Shown piece after piece: positions 52,023 to 61,876 of a DNA stretch of 64,000 nt. The stretch is taken from NCBI GenBank assembly GCA_046462535.1, contig JBKGVF010000016.1, positions 11,363 to 75,362 on the forward strand. The letters are read 5' to 3'. The DNA comes from Ignatzschineriaceae bacterium (GTDB taxonomy: Bacteria; Pseudomonadota; Gammaproteobacteria; Cardiobacteriales; Wohlfahrtiimonadaceae). Made by a program: the position numbers and the translations under genes. The notes below the pieces were generated by a model, which saw nothing but the letters and a program-made list of their open reading frames with translations, had not been told where the DNA came from and did not search any database. How positions within the stretch are numbered: the stretch's first letter is position 1; each line of letters begins with the position of its first letter.

Positions 52023-53341
52023 ATCACATGACGTTTCATCGTAGTTTTGCCTACAAGATATGGTTGATGACCGTTGTCCTCACCCTCTTTGTGATGTTGG
52101 TCGTACAAGCAGCTTATCTGCTCTCACTGCATCGTGTTAAGAGTGATTGGAATCATCTTTATGAGAAGGAGCTACGCGCCCAGAGTGAATTGGTTATCCA
52201 TACCGCTGAGGCGCGTGGATTGAATGCTGCCCAAAAACAGCTGCTAGAATCAGATTTTAGTGAGTATATTCTTCTGTACGAAATTGACGATGAGCATGAA
52301 GATACACCAGAATCACTAGATATCAATAGCCAGACAATGCAACTGATCTACTTTACTGATCGTTATAATCGTCCAGCAATTTTAGAGTTGCGTAATATTA
52401 ATCGGGTACCCCTCTTCTTCTCCTTTACCCTATTAGGGTTTATTCTCCGCAGCTTGCCTATGGTGCTTCTAAGCTTGTTACTCGCCTATTTTTGGGTTAA
52501 GCGCTTAAGCCGACCGCTCCAAGAGATTGCCCAATCAGTTAAGCAGATAGGCCAGGGGGATCTCCATATCCGTCTACCCGATACTTTAACCGATCAAACA
52601 GATGAGATAGGGGAGTTTTCACGCCGATTCAATGCAATGATCGACAACATCAATGAGCTACAGGAGAATCAGAAGCGAATGCTCACCGATATTGCCCATG
52701 AGCTGCGCTCCCCTTTAGCGCGCCAAAAATTAGCGATCAACTTCCTCAAAGATAAGGATTTAGAGCGAGACTCTCTTCTATATGAGAGCTATCTTGACCG
52801 TATTGAGCAGGAGGGCGAGCGCCTCAATGAGCTTATTGAAGAGGTGATGATCTATCTTCGGGATGCTAAAAATCCAAATCGTATCTTAGAGCATGTCTCC
52901 TTAACTCAACTACTCGTCTCTGTCATTGATGATGCCAATTTTGAATATTCGGAGAAAAATAAACGGGTTAAGGCTCATCTACCTAGTAATGTCACCTTAA
53001 AAGGCAATTACATTCATCTTGAGCGTGCTATTGAAAATATCATTCGTAATGCACTCTTCCATACTAAGGAGGGGACAGAGGTTGTAGTTCTCTTACAATC
53101 TACTCTCAATAATACCGCTACTCTTGATATTATCGACTTTGGCGATGGTGTTTCTGATGAGCAGATGAAGCAGCTAACTGAACCCTTCTACCGTACTGAT
53201 AAGGCTCGAAATCGGCAAGATGGGGGATATGGCTTAGGATTAGCAATTGCCGATGAGATCATTCGCAATCACAATGGCACCTTAGACTTTAAGAGCCATA
53301 GTAGTGGTGGTTTACAGGTTACCATTACCCTCCCCCTTTAG
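52019..53341 (+). CDS. Sensor histidine kinase (CpxA-like: 2 TM, periplasmic loop, HAMP, HisKA, HATPase)
   Basis: 440 aa. H-box DIAHELRSPL, N-box NALFHT, and the G boxes DFGDGV and GGYGLGLAI. 4-bp overlap with the regulator gene. Confidence 0.88.
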   Translation: MNHMTFHRSFAYKIWLMTVVLTLFVMLVVQAAYLLSLHRVKSDWNHLYEKELRAQSELVIHTAEARGLNAAQKQLLESDFSEYILLYEIDDEHEDTPESLDINSQTMQLIYFTDRYNRPAILELRNINRVPLFFSFTLLGFILRSLPMVLLSLLLAYFWVKRLSRPLQEIAQSVKQIGQGDLHIRLPDTLTDQTDEIGEFSRRFNAMIDNINELQENQKRMLTDIAHELRSPLARQKLAINFLKDKDLERDSLLYESYLDRIEQEGERLNELIEEVMIYLRDAKNPNRILEHVSLTQLLVSVIDDANFEYSEKNKRVKAHLPSNVTLKGNYIHLERAIENIIRNALFHTKEGTEVVVLLQSTLNNTATLDIIDFGDGVSDEQMKQLTEPFYRTDKARNRQDGGYGLGLAIADEIIRNHNGTLDFKSHSSGGLQVTITLPL

Positions 53342-53454
53342 CGTGATACAGACCAAGATAGGGTAGGATTATTTCACGCACTCTCTACAGATTTATTAGG
53401 CACTTTCCGCTATAATGGAGCTCTTTATAGATACTGTTGGAATAATTAAATTAT

Positions 53455-54414
53455 ATGAAGGATCGTATACAGAAAATTCTTGCCCATAATGGTTATGGCT
53501 CTCGTCGAGAGATTGAGCGCTGGATCGAAGAGGGGAGAATTAAAGTTAATGGTCAAGTGGCTGAGCTTGGCTGCCAGATTGATGGAAGTGAAAGAATAGA
53601 GATCGACAATCGTGAGATTGTACTCAATACCGAAAATATTGATCGACAAGTCCTTCTCTACTATAAACCTGAAGGGGAGATTACAACTCGATTTGACCCT
53701 GAAGGGCGTCCTACAGTCTTTGAGAGTCTGCCAAAAATACATAATGGGCGCTGGATCGCCGTTGGTCGTCTCGATATTAATACCCAAGGCTTACTACTTG
53801 TTACCAATGATGGGGAGCTAGCCCATCGATTGATGCACCCCTCTCATGAGATTGAGCGGGAGTATGCCGTCCGTGTTATTGGTGAGTTTACCGATGAGAT
53901 GGCTGATAATATGCGTAATGGAGTTCAATTTGACGATGGTATCTCCCGCTTTGAAGAGATTCTCTGGTCAGGTGGCTCCGGTGCAAACTTCTGGTATCAC
54001 GTAACTGTCAAAGGGGGAAAAAATCGTGAGGTGCGCCGCTTGTGGGAATCTCAAGGTTTAATGGTCTCCCGCCTTATCCGAATCCGTTACGGTAATGTAG
54101 AGCTTCCTAAAAACCTGCGCTCAGGACAATTTGTTGATATTGATGACAATGTTCTAAAGGAGCTTGTGGAATCTGTTGGATTAACCCACAACACAGCCCC
54201 CTACTCTGAAAAACGGGAGCGTCAACAGACTAAGCCTCGCCGCGCTAATAATCGTGGTAAGCGTACCTATCGCTCAATGGAGGAGGGATCTAAGCGCCCT
54301 CGCCGCTCCGCAAGGCGACGTCATGGCGGCGGACAACGGGGGCGACGCCCTACGGCACAACAGGGACGTAACCCTAATCGACACAGCACCTCTAGAGATA
54401 ATAGAGGCGAGTAG
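53455..54414 (+). CDS. rluB: 23S rRNA pseudouridine(2605) synthase with Arg-rich C-terminal tail
   Basis: 319 aa. S4 domain (RIQKILAHNGYGSRREIERWI), catalytic VGRLDINTQGLLLVTNDG, and a basic tail typical of RluB. Confidence 0.85.
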   Translation: MKDRIQKILAHNGYGSRREIERWIEEGRIKVNGQVAELGCQIDGSERIEIDNREIVLNTENIDRQVLLYYKPEGEITTRFDPEGRPTVFESLPKIHNGRWIAVGRLDINTQGLLLVTNDGELAHRLMHPSHEIEREYAVRVIGEFTDEMADNMRNGVQFDDGISRFEEILWSGGSGANFWYHVTVKGGKNREVRRLWESQGLMVSRLIRIRYGNVELPKNLRSGQFVDIDDNVLKELVESVGLTHNTAPYSEKRERQQTKPRRANNRGKRTYRSMEEGSKRPRRSARRRHGGGQRGRRPTAQQGRNPNRHSTSRDNRGE

Positions 54415-54436
54415 AGTCGGATTCCCCTTATATATT

Positions 54437-54468
54437 AGGCAGTCTCTCTTTGGCTGCCTCTTTTCTTT
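54437..54468 (+). terminator. Probable terminator of rluB
   Basis: aggcag (54437-54442) pairs with ctgcct (54454-54459), followed by cttttcttt. Short stem and long loop. Confidence 0.45.
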
Positions 54469-54517
54469 ATCCTATCGATGATCGATCAACTCGTTATCAC
54501 CATAAAGCGGTTATTCC

Positions 54518-54533
54518 CTTGATTTAAATCAAG
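54518..54533. promoter_or_regulatory. Perfect 16-bp palindrome CTTGATTTAAATCAAG upstream of the ABC-2 transporter operon
   Basis: Self-complementary over all 16 nt. Lies about 55-70 nt upstream of the ATG at 54588. Confidence 0.3.
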
Positions 54534-54587
54534 CAAATAGGCAGAATCATCACAACTAATTAAAAATGAAGAGGAGCTACAACAGAT

Positions 54588-55532
54588 ATGGCTACCGCCG
54601 CATTAGAAATAAGTAACTTAACAAAGCGTTATCGTAATGGAAAAGTGGCACTCAAAGGGATAGATCTAACTGTACAAGAGGGTGATTTTTACGCCCTACT
54701 TGGTCCTAATGGTGCAGGAAAATCCACGACAATTGGAATTATCACTGACCTTGTTGAAGCAACATCTGGTGATGTTAAAGTATTTGGCCACTCCATCACC
54801 CATGATAAACAACGTGCAAAAGCATTAATCGGACTCGTCCCACAAGAGTTTAACTTTAACCAGTTCGAGCCTGTCGAAGAGATTGTTATCAATCAGGCGG
54901 GTTTTTATGGGATTCCAAGGAGAGAGGCTCGCAGACGTGCCCATGAGCTTTTAGCGCTTCTTGATCTCTCCGATAAAGCACGCTCAATGGCGCGTAATCT
55001 CTCCGGTGGTATGAAGCGACGCCTTATGATCGCTCGAGCACTGGTTCATCGCCCAAAACTCTTAATTCTCGATGAGCCTACCGCTGGCGTAGATATTGAG
55101 ATTCGCCGCCAAACGTGGGATCTTCTACAAAAAATTAATCGCGAAGGAACCACTATTATCCTTACTACCCACTATCTTGAGGAGGCAGAGCTACTCTGTA
55201 AAAATATCGCCATTATTAACCATGGTGAGATAGTTCAAGAGAGCTCCATGAGTGCTCTTTTACGTCAGCTGCAATCAGAGAGCTTTATCTTAAGCTTAGA
55301 GGAGATGCCAAAAACTCTTCCGAAACTCGAGGGGATCTCCTTTACACAGACCGATGAGCACGAACTTGAGGCTGAGGTTGTTAAACCAAAAACAATTAAT
55401 GACCTCTTTGCCGGTCTCCTTAATGCGGGCATTAAAGTTGAAGCGCTCCGCAATAAAGCTAATCGGTTAGAGGAGCTCTTTTTACGCATCACTACAGAAG
55501 ATAACCATACCAATCAAGAGGAGCGTCATTAA
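54588..55532 (+). CDS. ABC-2 type exporter ATP-binding protein (YadG-like)
   Basis: 314 aa. Walker A GPNGAGKST, signature LSGGMKRR, Walker B LLILDEPT. Confidence 0.88.
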   Translation: MATAALEISNLTKRYRNGKVALKGIDLTVQEGDFYALLGPNGAGKSTTIGIITDLVEATSGDVKVFGHSITHDKQRAKALIGLVPQEFNFNQFEPVEEIVINQAGFYGIPRREARRRAHELLALLDLSDKARSMARNLSGGMKRRLMIARALVHRPKLLILDEPTAGVDIEIRRQTWDLLQKINREGTTIILTTHYLEEAELLCKNIAIINHGEIVQESSMSALLRQLQSESFILSLEEMPKTLPKLEGISFTQTDEHELEAEVVKPKTINDLFAGLLNAGIKVEALRNKANRLEELFLRITTEDNHTNQEERH

Positions 55533-55535
55533 TCT

Positions 55536-56309
55536 ATGAAAACAAATACTAATTGGGTCGCTTTTTATACCATTGTTACTAAAGAGTTCTATCGCTTTAT
55601 CCGTATCTGGCCCCAAACGCTATTGCCACCTGTGATAACCACTATCCTCTACTTTCTTATTTTTGGAAAAATTGTTGGTGATCGTGTTGGTGAGATGGGT
55701 GGGTTTGGCTATGCTCAATATATTGCCCCGGGGTTAATTATGATGACTGTTATTAGCAATAGCTACTCAAACGTTGTCTCCTCCTTCTTTAGCTCTAAAT
55801 ATGGCAAACATATAGAAGAGCTAATGGTGGCCCCTATCTCCAACTTGGTTATTTTAGCAGGCTATGTTGCCGGAGGAGTGGCTCGCGGCTTTCTAGTTGG
55901 GGGAATCGTTACACTCGTTACCCTTCTATTTGTGGATATCTCAATACAGAATATCCCTTTAATGCTGCTGATCTTTATCCTCACCTCTCTAGTCTTCTCA
56001 TTAGCCGGCCTGATTAATGCCATCTTTGCTCGCCACTTTGATGATATCTCCATTATCCCAACCTTTATCTTAACGCCATTAACCTATCTGGGGGGGGTAT
56101 TCTATTCAATCGCGCTGCTTCCTCCATTTTGGCAGAGCCTCTCCTACTTTAACCCTATTTTATATATGGTTAATGCGTTTCGTTATAGTATTTTAGGGGT
56201 GTCAGATATCAATATTTGGGCAGCAATTGTGTTATTATTAATCTTTTTTAGTGGCCTCTTTTTAACGGCGCTCCACCTACTCAATCGTGGAACAGGGTTA
56301 AAATCGTAG
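55536..56309 (+). CDS. ABC-2 type exporter permease (YadH-like)
   Basis: 257 aa with 6 TM. Immediately follows the ATPase gene. Confidence 0.85.
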   Translation: MKTNTNWVAFYTIVTKEFYRFIRIWPQTLLPPVITTILYFLIFGKIVGDRVGEMGGFGYAQYIAPGLIMMTVISNSYSNVVSSFFSSKYGKHIEELMVAPISNLVILAGYVAGGVARGFLVGGIVTLVTLLFVDISIQNIPLMLLIFILTSLVFSLAGLINAIFARHFDDISIIPTFILTPLTYLGGVFYSIALLPPFWQSLSYFNPILYMVNAFRYSILGVSDINIWAAIVLLLIFFSGLFLTALHLLNRGTGLKS

Positions 56310-56341
56310 GGGTTATAATCGGAATATTTATAGGTATTTTT

Positions 56342-57178
56342 ATGAGACGAATTACCCATCTCGTTAAGCCCCTAGTGGCTACGGCAACACTTCTCTTTAT
56401 TGCAGCATGCGCTGGACAGAACCCCCATGATCCTTATGAGGGGTATAACCGTAAAGTTCATGCCTTTAATACCGCTTTTGATGAGGCCATTAGCCGCCCC
56501 GTAGCAAAAGGGTATACCATTGTGGTTCCTCAACCGGTGCGTCGTAGCTTTGGTCATGCTTTTAGTAATCTTGATGATACGAAAGTTGCTGTGATCGATG
56601 TAACCCAAGGGCGTTTTGAGAAGGCAGCTGAGAGTCTTCACCGTTTTGTCTTCAATTCAACCTTTGGTCTCTTAGGATTTATCGATTTAACCAATGCATT
56701 CAATCTTCCTAAAAAGCATACGAATGACTTTGGAACCACTTTAGCGAAGTATGGTTGGAAAAAGAGTAACTACTTTGTTATCCCCTTCATAGGCCCATCA
56801 ACTCCACGAGATGGTATTGGGGTCATTGGAGATATCTTTGCTCGCCCCTACATCTATGCTATGAATAAGTATGCAAGTGCAGGGTTAACCGCCGCTAGCT
56901 TGGTTCACCTCCGTAGTGAGCTGCTAGATGTGGATTCAGTCTCAAAAAAGGCTGCGCTTGATGCATATGTCTTCCAACGTGAAGCCTACTTGCAATATCG
57001 CAATAATCTATTGCAAGAGCGCGGAGTTAAGTTAACCTCAAAGGTTGATCCGGCCGATTTAGATGATGAAGATGAGTTATCAATTGCTGAAATGGCTCGC
57101 CGTCGCCATCAAATTGATGGTGATGAGGAGGAAGAGGAGTTATCTCTTAGCGAATTAGCGCGCCAACGAAATCAGTAA
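56342..57178 (+). CDS. mlaA: MlaA/VacJ family outer-membrane lipoprotein
   Basis: 278 aa with lipobox FIAAC. DPYEGYNRKVHAFN and NSTFGLLGFIDL motifs of the MlaA family. Acidic C-terminal extension. Confidence 0.88.
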   Translation: MRRITHLVKPLVATATLLFIAACAGQNPHDPYEGYNRKVHAFNTAFDEAISRPVAKGYTIVVPQPVRRSFGHAFSNLDDTKVAVIDVTQGRFEKAAESLHRFVFNSTFGLLGFIDLTNAFNLPKKHTNDFGTTLAKYGWKKSNYFVIPFIGPSTPRDGIGVIGDIFARPYIYAMNKYASAGLTAASLVHLRSELLDVDSVSKKAALDAYVFQREAYLQYRNNLLQERGVKLTSKVDPADLDDEDELSIAEMARRRHQIDGDEEEEELSLSELARQRNQ

Positions 57179-57199
57179 ATTGTAAAGGCTACCCTATTA

Positions 57200-57235
57200 G
57201 GGGAGTGTCCAAGATGAAGGCACTCCCCTTTTCTT
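57200..57235 (+). terminator. Rho-independent terminator of mlaA
   Basis: Arms ggggagtg (57200-57207) and cactcccc (57221-57228), followed by ttttcttc. Confidence 0.8.
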
Positions 57236-57263
57236 CGATTAAAAACGATACTCAGGAGCTTAT

Positions 57264-57992
57264 ATGAGACGTTATCTTCCTCAACCCCTCCAACTAAATC
57301 AATCCATCACCCTTAGCGATGAAGATTATAACTACATTGTTCGAGTACTACGACATCGTGTTGGCGATCAAATTCAGCTATTTAATGGGCAAGGGGGCGC
57401 ATATTTAGCGGAGATTACAGCAATTGAGAAACGTACCTTAACGCTACTTATTATCAAGTTTTTACCAGAAAACCGCACCTCAACGATTACCATTCACCTA
57501 TATCAAAGTTTAGCAAAAGGGAATCGTCTCGAATGGATTATGCAGAAAGCAACTGAGCTTGGGGTAACGAGTATCACCCCTTTAATCACAGAGCGAAGCG
57601 TCATGCAGCTAAATCGACGGCAACTTCCTAAACGGCTTGAACGTTGGCGCTCAATTATTTACTCTGCAGCGGAACAATCTGGTCTCAATATTCCGCCACA
57701 GCTAAATGAGCCTTGCCCATTAGATTCTTTAGAGAAAGAGAAGATCCAAGGGCAATCAATCATTCTCTCTCCCTTGGCTAAGCAGAGCTTTGCTACAGTC
57801 GTACAGACAGATTCAACACAGACATATTCACTCTTTATTGGGCCTGAAGGGGGCTGGACACAAATGGAGGAGAATTATCTCGTCACCCTCGGCGCTAAGA
57901 GGGCCACCTTAGGAGCTCGAATACTGAGAACTGAAACAGCTGCACTCTCAGTAATCGCCTCATTGCATGGGCTACTCGGAGATTGGGCTTAA
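57264..57992 (+). CDS. rsmE: 16S rRNA m3U1498 methyltransferase
   Basis: 242 aa. PUA-like N-terminus (HYIVRVLR-type motif) and a SPOUT C-terminus (IGPEGGW...RILRTETA). rsmE-gshB linkage as in E. coli. Confidence 0.88.
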   Translation: MRRYLPQPLQLNQSITLSDEDYNYIVRVLRHRVGDQIQLFNGQGGAYLAEITAIEKRTLTLLIIKFLPENRTSTITIHLYQSLAKGNRLEWIMQKATELGVTSITPLITERSVMQLNRRQLPKRLERWRSIIYSAAEQSGLNIPPQLNEPCPLDSLEKEKIQGQSIILSPLAKQSFATVVQTDSTQTYSLFIGPEGGWTQMEENYLVTLGAKRATLGARILRTETAALSVIASLHGLLGDWA

Positions 57993-58061
57993 CCCTACTT
58001 TCCTCTTAGCCTCTTTTGTCCTACACTGAACAATCTACTGTCCATTATGGGAGTTTAATTT

Positions 58062-59039
58062 ATGAGTCAGCAACCTCGCATCATTATTATTATGGATCCT
58101 ATCGAGAGCATCGATCCGAAGGTGGATACTACCGTCGGCATGATTCTTGGCGCTCAAGCATTAGGACTCTCCATCCTCTACACTCAACAACCTCAACTCT
58201 ACCTCGATGAAGGGGTCATGAAGAGTATTGGGCAAAAGATAACGATCGATCTTGAGCAGACTCCTTGGTATCAATTAGGGGAGTCAGAAGAGATTCTCTT
58301 TGGACCAAATGATATTGTGCTTCAGAGAAAAGATCCCCCCTTTAACATGCACTATATTCATGCGACTTATCTTTTAGAGCTAATTGAGCGGCAAGGAAGC
58401 TTAGTCTGCAATCGTCCCGACTCCTTGCGTGATTGCAATGAGAAGATGTTTACTACCTGGTTCCCACAATTTTGTCCACCAACCTTGGTTAGCAGTCAAA
58501 GTGATCATATTAAACGCTTTATTAAAAAACATCAGGAGACGATAGTAAAGCCGCTCGATGGGATGGGAGGAAGCTCTATCTTCAAGGTCTCACAAGAGGA
58601 TCCTAATCTTAATGTAATCTTAGAGACCCTTACTGAGAATAATCAAACCTCTGTTATGGTACAGCGTTATGTACCAGAGATTAAAGCAGGGGATAAACGC
58701 ATCATCTTAATTGATGGAGAGCCGGTTGATTACCTGCTTGCCCGAATTCCTGCAGAAAATGAGACTCGTGGCAATCTTGCTGTTGGTGCAAAAGGGGTAG
58801 TACAACCACTCTCTGAGCGGGATTATGAGATTGCCCATGCATTAGCTCCTGAGTTACGTCGCCGTGGACTCTACTTTGTGGGCTTAGATGTAATTGGTGA
58901 TTATTTAACTGAAATTAATGTCACCAGTCCAACAGGGATTCGCCAAATTGATGATGCTAAAGGAACGTTCATTGGTCGTGATTTAATTGAAGCATTAGTT
59001 ACTCGTTGGAAGAGCAGATCGATCACCACCAAAGAGTAA
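58062..59039 (+). CDS. gshB: Glutathione synthetase
   Basis: 325 aa. N-terminal MDPIESIDPKVDTT and the ATP-grasp region KPLDGMGG...GDKRIILIDGEP...NLAVGA...GLDVIG. Confidence 0.95.
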   Translation: MSQQPRIIIIMDPIESIDPKVDTTVGMILGAQALGLSILYTQQPQLYLDEGVMKSIGQKITIDLEQTPWYQLGESEEILFGPNDIVLQRKDPPFNMHYIHATYLLELIERQGSLVCNRPDSLRDCNEKMFTTWFPQFCPPTLVSSQSDHIKRFIKKHQETIVKPLDGMGGSSIFKVSQEDPNLNVILETLTENNQTSVMVQRYVPEIKAGDKRIILIDGEPVDYLLARIPAENETRGNLAVGAKGVVQPLSERDYEIAHALAPELRRRGLYFVGLDVIGDYLTEINVTSPTGIRQIDDAKGTFIGRDLIEALVTRWKSRSITTKE

Positions 59040-59106
59040 TCGCTAATCGCTAGAGTAATAGTAGCAATCTGAAGCTTCTTAACAGAGATCCCTTCGGTAG
59101 ATAACC

Positions 59107-59140
59107 AAAAAAAGAGCCCTCAGTTGTCGAGGGCTCTTTT
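59107..59140. terminator. Bidirectional terminator between gshB and usp
   Basis: 9-bp arms agagccctc and gagggctct, flanked by an A-run and a T-run, between convergent genes. Confidence 0.85.
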
Positions 59141-59158
59141 GTGATCGCTCATGTTTCT

Positions 59159-59578
59159 CTATTTAATGACAAAGACAGGGGCTTGAACATGCTCAATAAT
59201 ACTCTCACTGACACTTCCGAGCACCATCTTTTGAAGCTTATTATGCCCTCGAGAGCCGACAAAAACCCAATCATAACTTCCAGCATCGGCAATATCCCCA
59301 ACCGTACGTCCCGGATCACCCACCTGTATCTTCATCTCATAGGTAAGACCACTCTCTTTCAGTATCTCATCAACTGGCTCTAATCGCTTTTTTCGGGATG
59401 ATTCAATATGGGCTTTATCAAGGCAGTGGATTATCTCATTCTGTGCGGCACGCTTACTCACAACATAGAGTGCCGTAATCGAAACATCCTCTAACTGCTT
59501 AGCTAATGCAATCGCCTCTTTTGTTGCTTTCACCGACCCTTTTGAGCCATCAACAGCTAATAAAATCTTTTTCGACAT
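59159..59578 (-). CDS. Universal stress protein (UspA family)
   Basis: 139 aa. ILLAVDGS N-terminus and C-terminal GSRGHNKLQKMVLGSVSESI (ATP-binding type G-2x-G-9x-G-S/T). Confidence 0.88.
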   Translation of the reverse strand: MSKKILLAVDGSKGSVKATKEAIALAKQLEDVSITALYVVSKRAAQNEIIHCLDKAHIESSRKKRLEPVDEILKESGLTYEMKIQVGDPGRTVGDIADAGSYDWVFVGSRGHNKLQKMVLGSVSESIIEHVQAPVFVIK

Positions 59579-59823
59579 TCTTTTGCACCTCTAAGTTTAC
59601 TATTATTAATCACTCTATCGTGAAGAACCATCATTAGAGCCTCTGCGGTGATGGTATGATAGAGAACGCTCAGTTAAAGATGATTCTTGCTTAGGCGATC
59701 TCTTAAGCAGACTTAATGAATCATCCTATATCCATTAGTATAGCTTTAATCTTAGATTAAAACAGAGTGCATAGATCAATTATCATTAATCTAAAATAGA
59801 TATATGTTATTAGGAGTCCTTTT

Positions 59824-60867
59824 ATGGCTACCCAGTCCGAAACGCAGATCCTCTTCTATCTTAAAAATCTCATCAATACCCCAAGTCCCTCTGGCTTTAC
59901 CCATCAGCTGATTGATCAAATTAGTCAACAACTATCACAATGGAATTGTCCCCATCAGATTACCCGTAAAGGAGGAATTCTTATCTCGCTTCCTGGTAAA
60001 GATGAGCAGAACAGACGGATGATTACCGCCCATATTGATACATTAGGGGCCATGGTTAAAGAGGTTAAAACAGATGGGCGCCTTCGTCTCTCAAAAGTGG
60101 GGGGATTTAACTGGAATGCAGTAGAAGGCGCTTATGTAACCGTACATACTGCCTCAGGTAAAGAGTATCGCGGCACCATTTTACATGAGAAGAGCTCCAT
60201 CCATATTCATCGAGATTGTGGCTCTCTCCCACGCGATGATGAGTCAATGGAGTTGCGCCTAGATCTTCCTACGACAAGTGCTCAAGAGAGTCTCGCATTG
60301 GGGATTAATATTGGAGATTTCATCTCATTTGATCCTAACTATGAGTTCACGGCATCAGGATTTATTAAAGCGCGCCACCTTGACGATAAAGCAGCGGTCG
60401 CCCTCCTTCTCTACCTACTGGAGGAGAGTGCAAAATATACTCTACCTCATGGAGTTGATATTCTAATCTCAAATAATGAAGAGGTGGGCTTTGGTGGCAA
60501 CTCCTCTATCGCAAAGGAGGTTGTGGAGTATGTTGCCCTTGATATGGGCGCTGTCGGGATGGGGCAAAACTCAAGCGAGATGGCCGTCTCTATCTGCGCT
60601 AAAGATGCTTCAGGTCCTTATCACTATGGGTTAACACAGCAACTCATCCAGCTTGCGAAACAGAATCAGATTCCCCATCGTATCGATATCTATCCCTTCT
60701 ATGGCTCCGACGCTTCTGCTGCAGTACGTGCAGGCTATGATCTTCGTCATGCCCTCTTTGGCCCCGGAATCGATGCCTCCCACGCCCTAGAGCGCACCCA
60801 TCTCGACGCCTTAGTTGCCACCTACCAACTACTCATCGCTTATCTCACCTCCCCCATGGCACAATAG
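59824..60867 (+). CDS. M42 family metallopeptidase (glutamyl aminopeptidase/NAGGN-associated-like)
   Basis: 347 aa. AHIDTLG, ARHLDDKAAV and SNNEEVGFGG metal-ligand motifs characteristic of M42/M20-like aminopeptidases. Confidence 0.75.
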   Translation: MATQSETQILFYLKNLINTPSPSGFTHQLIDQISQQLSQWNCPHQITRKGGILISLPGKDEQNRRMITAHIDTLGAMVKEVKTDGRLRLSKVGGFNWNAVEGAYVTVHTASGKEYRGTILHEKSSIHIHRDCGSLPRDDESMELRLDLPTTSAQESLALGINIGDFISFDPNYEFTASGFIKARHLDDKAAVALLLYLLEESAKYTLPHGVDILISNNEEVGFGGNSSIAKEVVEYVALDMGAVGMGQNSSEMAVSICAKDASGPYHYGLTQQLIQLAKQNQIPHRIDIYPFYGSDASAAVRAGYDLRHALFGPGIDASHALERTHLDALVATYQLLIAYLTSPMAQ

Positions 60868-61009
60868 AGACTATAGACCGAGTAAGCTCTCTATCTTACT
60901 CAAGATAAATCCCTTATAATCTTTTAAGCAATTAACCATTAACGATAAGCTGCAAATGATAGAGTCGTTATCGAATAGACCCCTTCATTTAATCTAAAAA
61001 GGTATCTCA

Positions 61010-61876
61010 ATGTTACAATCAATGACGGGATTTGCCCGTGAAATCGAAACAACCGATCTTGGCCTCCTTACTGTTGAGATCCGTAGCGTCAATCACCGCT
61101 ACCTCGATCCTAACTTCCGTCTTCCCGAGGTTCTCCGTAGTTTTGAAACAGATCTTCGTGAGCAGCTACAGCAGAATCTCTCGCGCGGACGTATTGAGGT
61201 GACCATTCGCCTCGATTTTGAGCAAAATCCGGCACAAACTCTAATCTTTAATGAAGCATTAGCAAAAAGGATTATTGAGATACATAATGAAACACAAGCT
61301 CTGCTTAATGATGATGAGGAGCTAGAGGCTACTGAGCTCCTAACCTTCCCCAATGTCATTACTCAAGCTGCGCCGGATCCTGAGCAGATTAAAGCCCCTC
61401 TATTAGCTACATTTGAGCGCGCATTGACCTCTCTCAATGAGAATCGCCAACGGGAGGGGGCTCGCATCACCACAATGTTACAGGAGCGTCTACAGAAAAT
61501 GGCCTCTTTAGTAGAGCGCGCGCGCACCATACGCCCTCTAGCACTCGAGCGTATTAAAAATCGTCTTCTAGAGCGCCTAAATGAGCTCGAAGTTGAACAT
61601 GATCCCCATCGTCTTGAACAGGAGCTTCTCTATATTGCACAGCGTCTCGATATTGATGAGGAGATCGATCGGCTTAATGCTCATATTGCTGAGATGGCTG
61701 AAGTCTTTAAACGGAAAGAGCCGGTTGGTAGACGACTCGACTTTCTCTCCCAAGAACTTAATCGCGAAGCCAATACTCTCGGCTCTAAATCTCAAGATGT
61801 TGAGTTGACCCAAATTGGAGTTGATCTTAAAGTCTTAATTGAGCAGATTCGTGAACAGATTCAGAACATAGAGTAA
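61010..61876 (+). CDS. yicC: YicC family stress-induced protein (endoribonuclease YicC)
   Basis: 288 aa. MTGFAR...EIRSVNHRYLD N-terminus and C-terminal RLDFLSQELNREANTLGSKS. Confidence 0.9.
   Translation: MLQSMTGFAREIETTDLGLLTVEIRSVNHRYLDPNFRLPEVLRSFETDLREQLQQNLSRGRIEVTIRLDFEQNPAQTLIFNEALAKRIIEIHNETQALLNDDEELEATELLTFPNVITQAAPDPEQIKAPLLATFERALTSLNENRQREGARITTMLQERLQKMASLVERARTIRPLALERIKNRLLERLNELEVEHDPHRLEQELLYIAQRLDIDEEIDRLNAHIAEMAEVFKRKEPVGRRLDFLSQELNREANTLGSKSQDVELTQIGVDLKVLIEQIREQIQNIE

Noticed and set aside
53446-53787. 113-aa minus-strand ORF overlapping the start of rluB
   Set aside because: It is antisense to the conserved S4 domain and catalytic region of RluB, has no upstream RBS, and has a hydrophobic, junk-like composition.
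58016-58210. 64-aa ORF overlapping the gshB start
   Set aside because: It is an alternate frame of the conserved gshB N-terminus. The product is Tyr/Ser/His-rich and low complexity. It is a shadow ORF.
37525-59140. Similar terminator hairpins (aaagagcccc.../...ggggctctt at 37533 and 59111) as a possible REP-like repeat family
   Set aside because: The similarity is limited to the generic A-run, GC stem and T-run architecture of bidirectional terminators. The stems differ in sequence and length, and two instances are not evidence of a repeat family.
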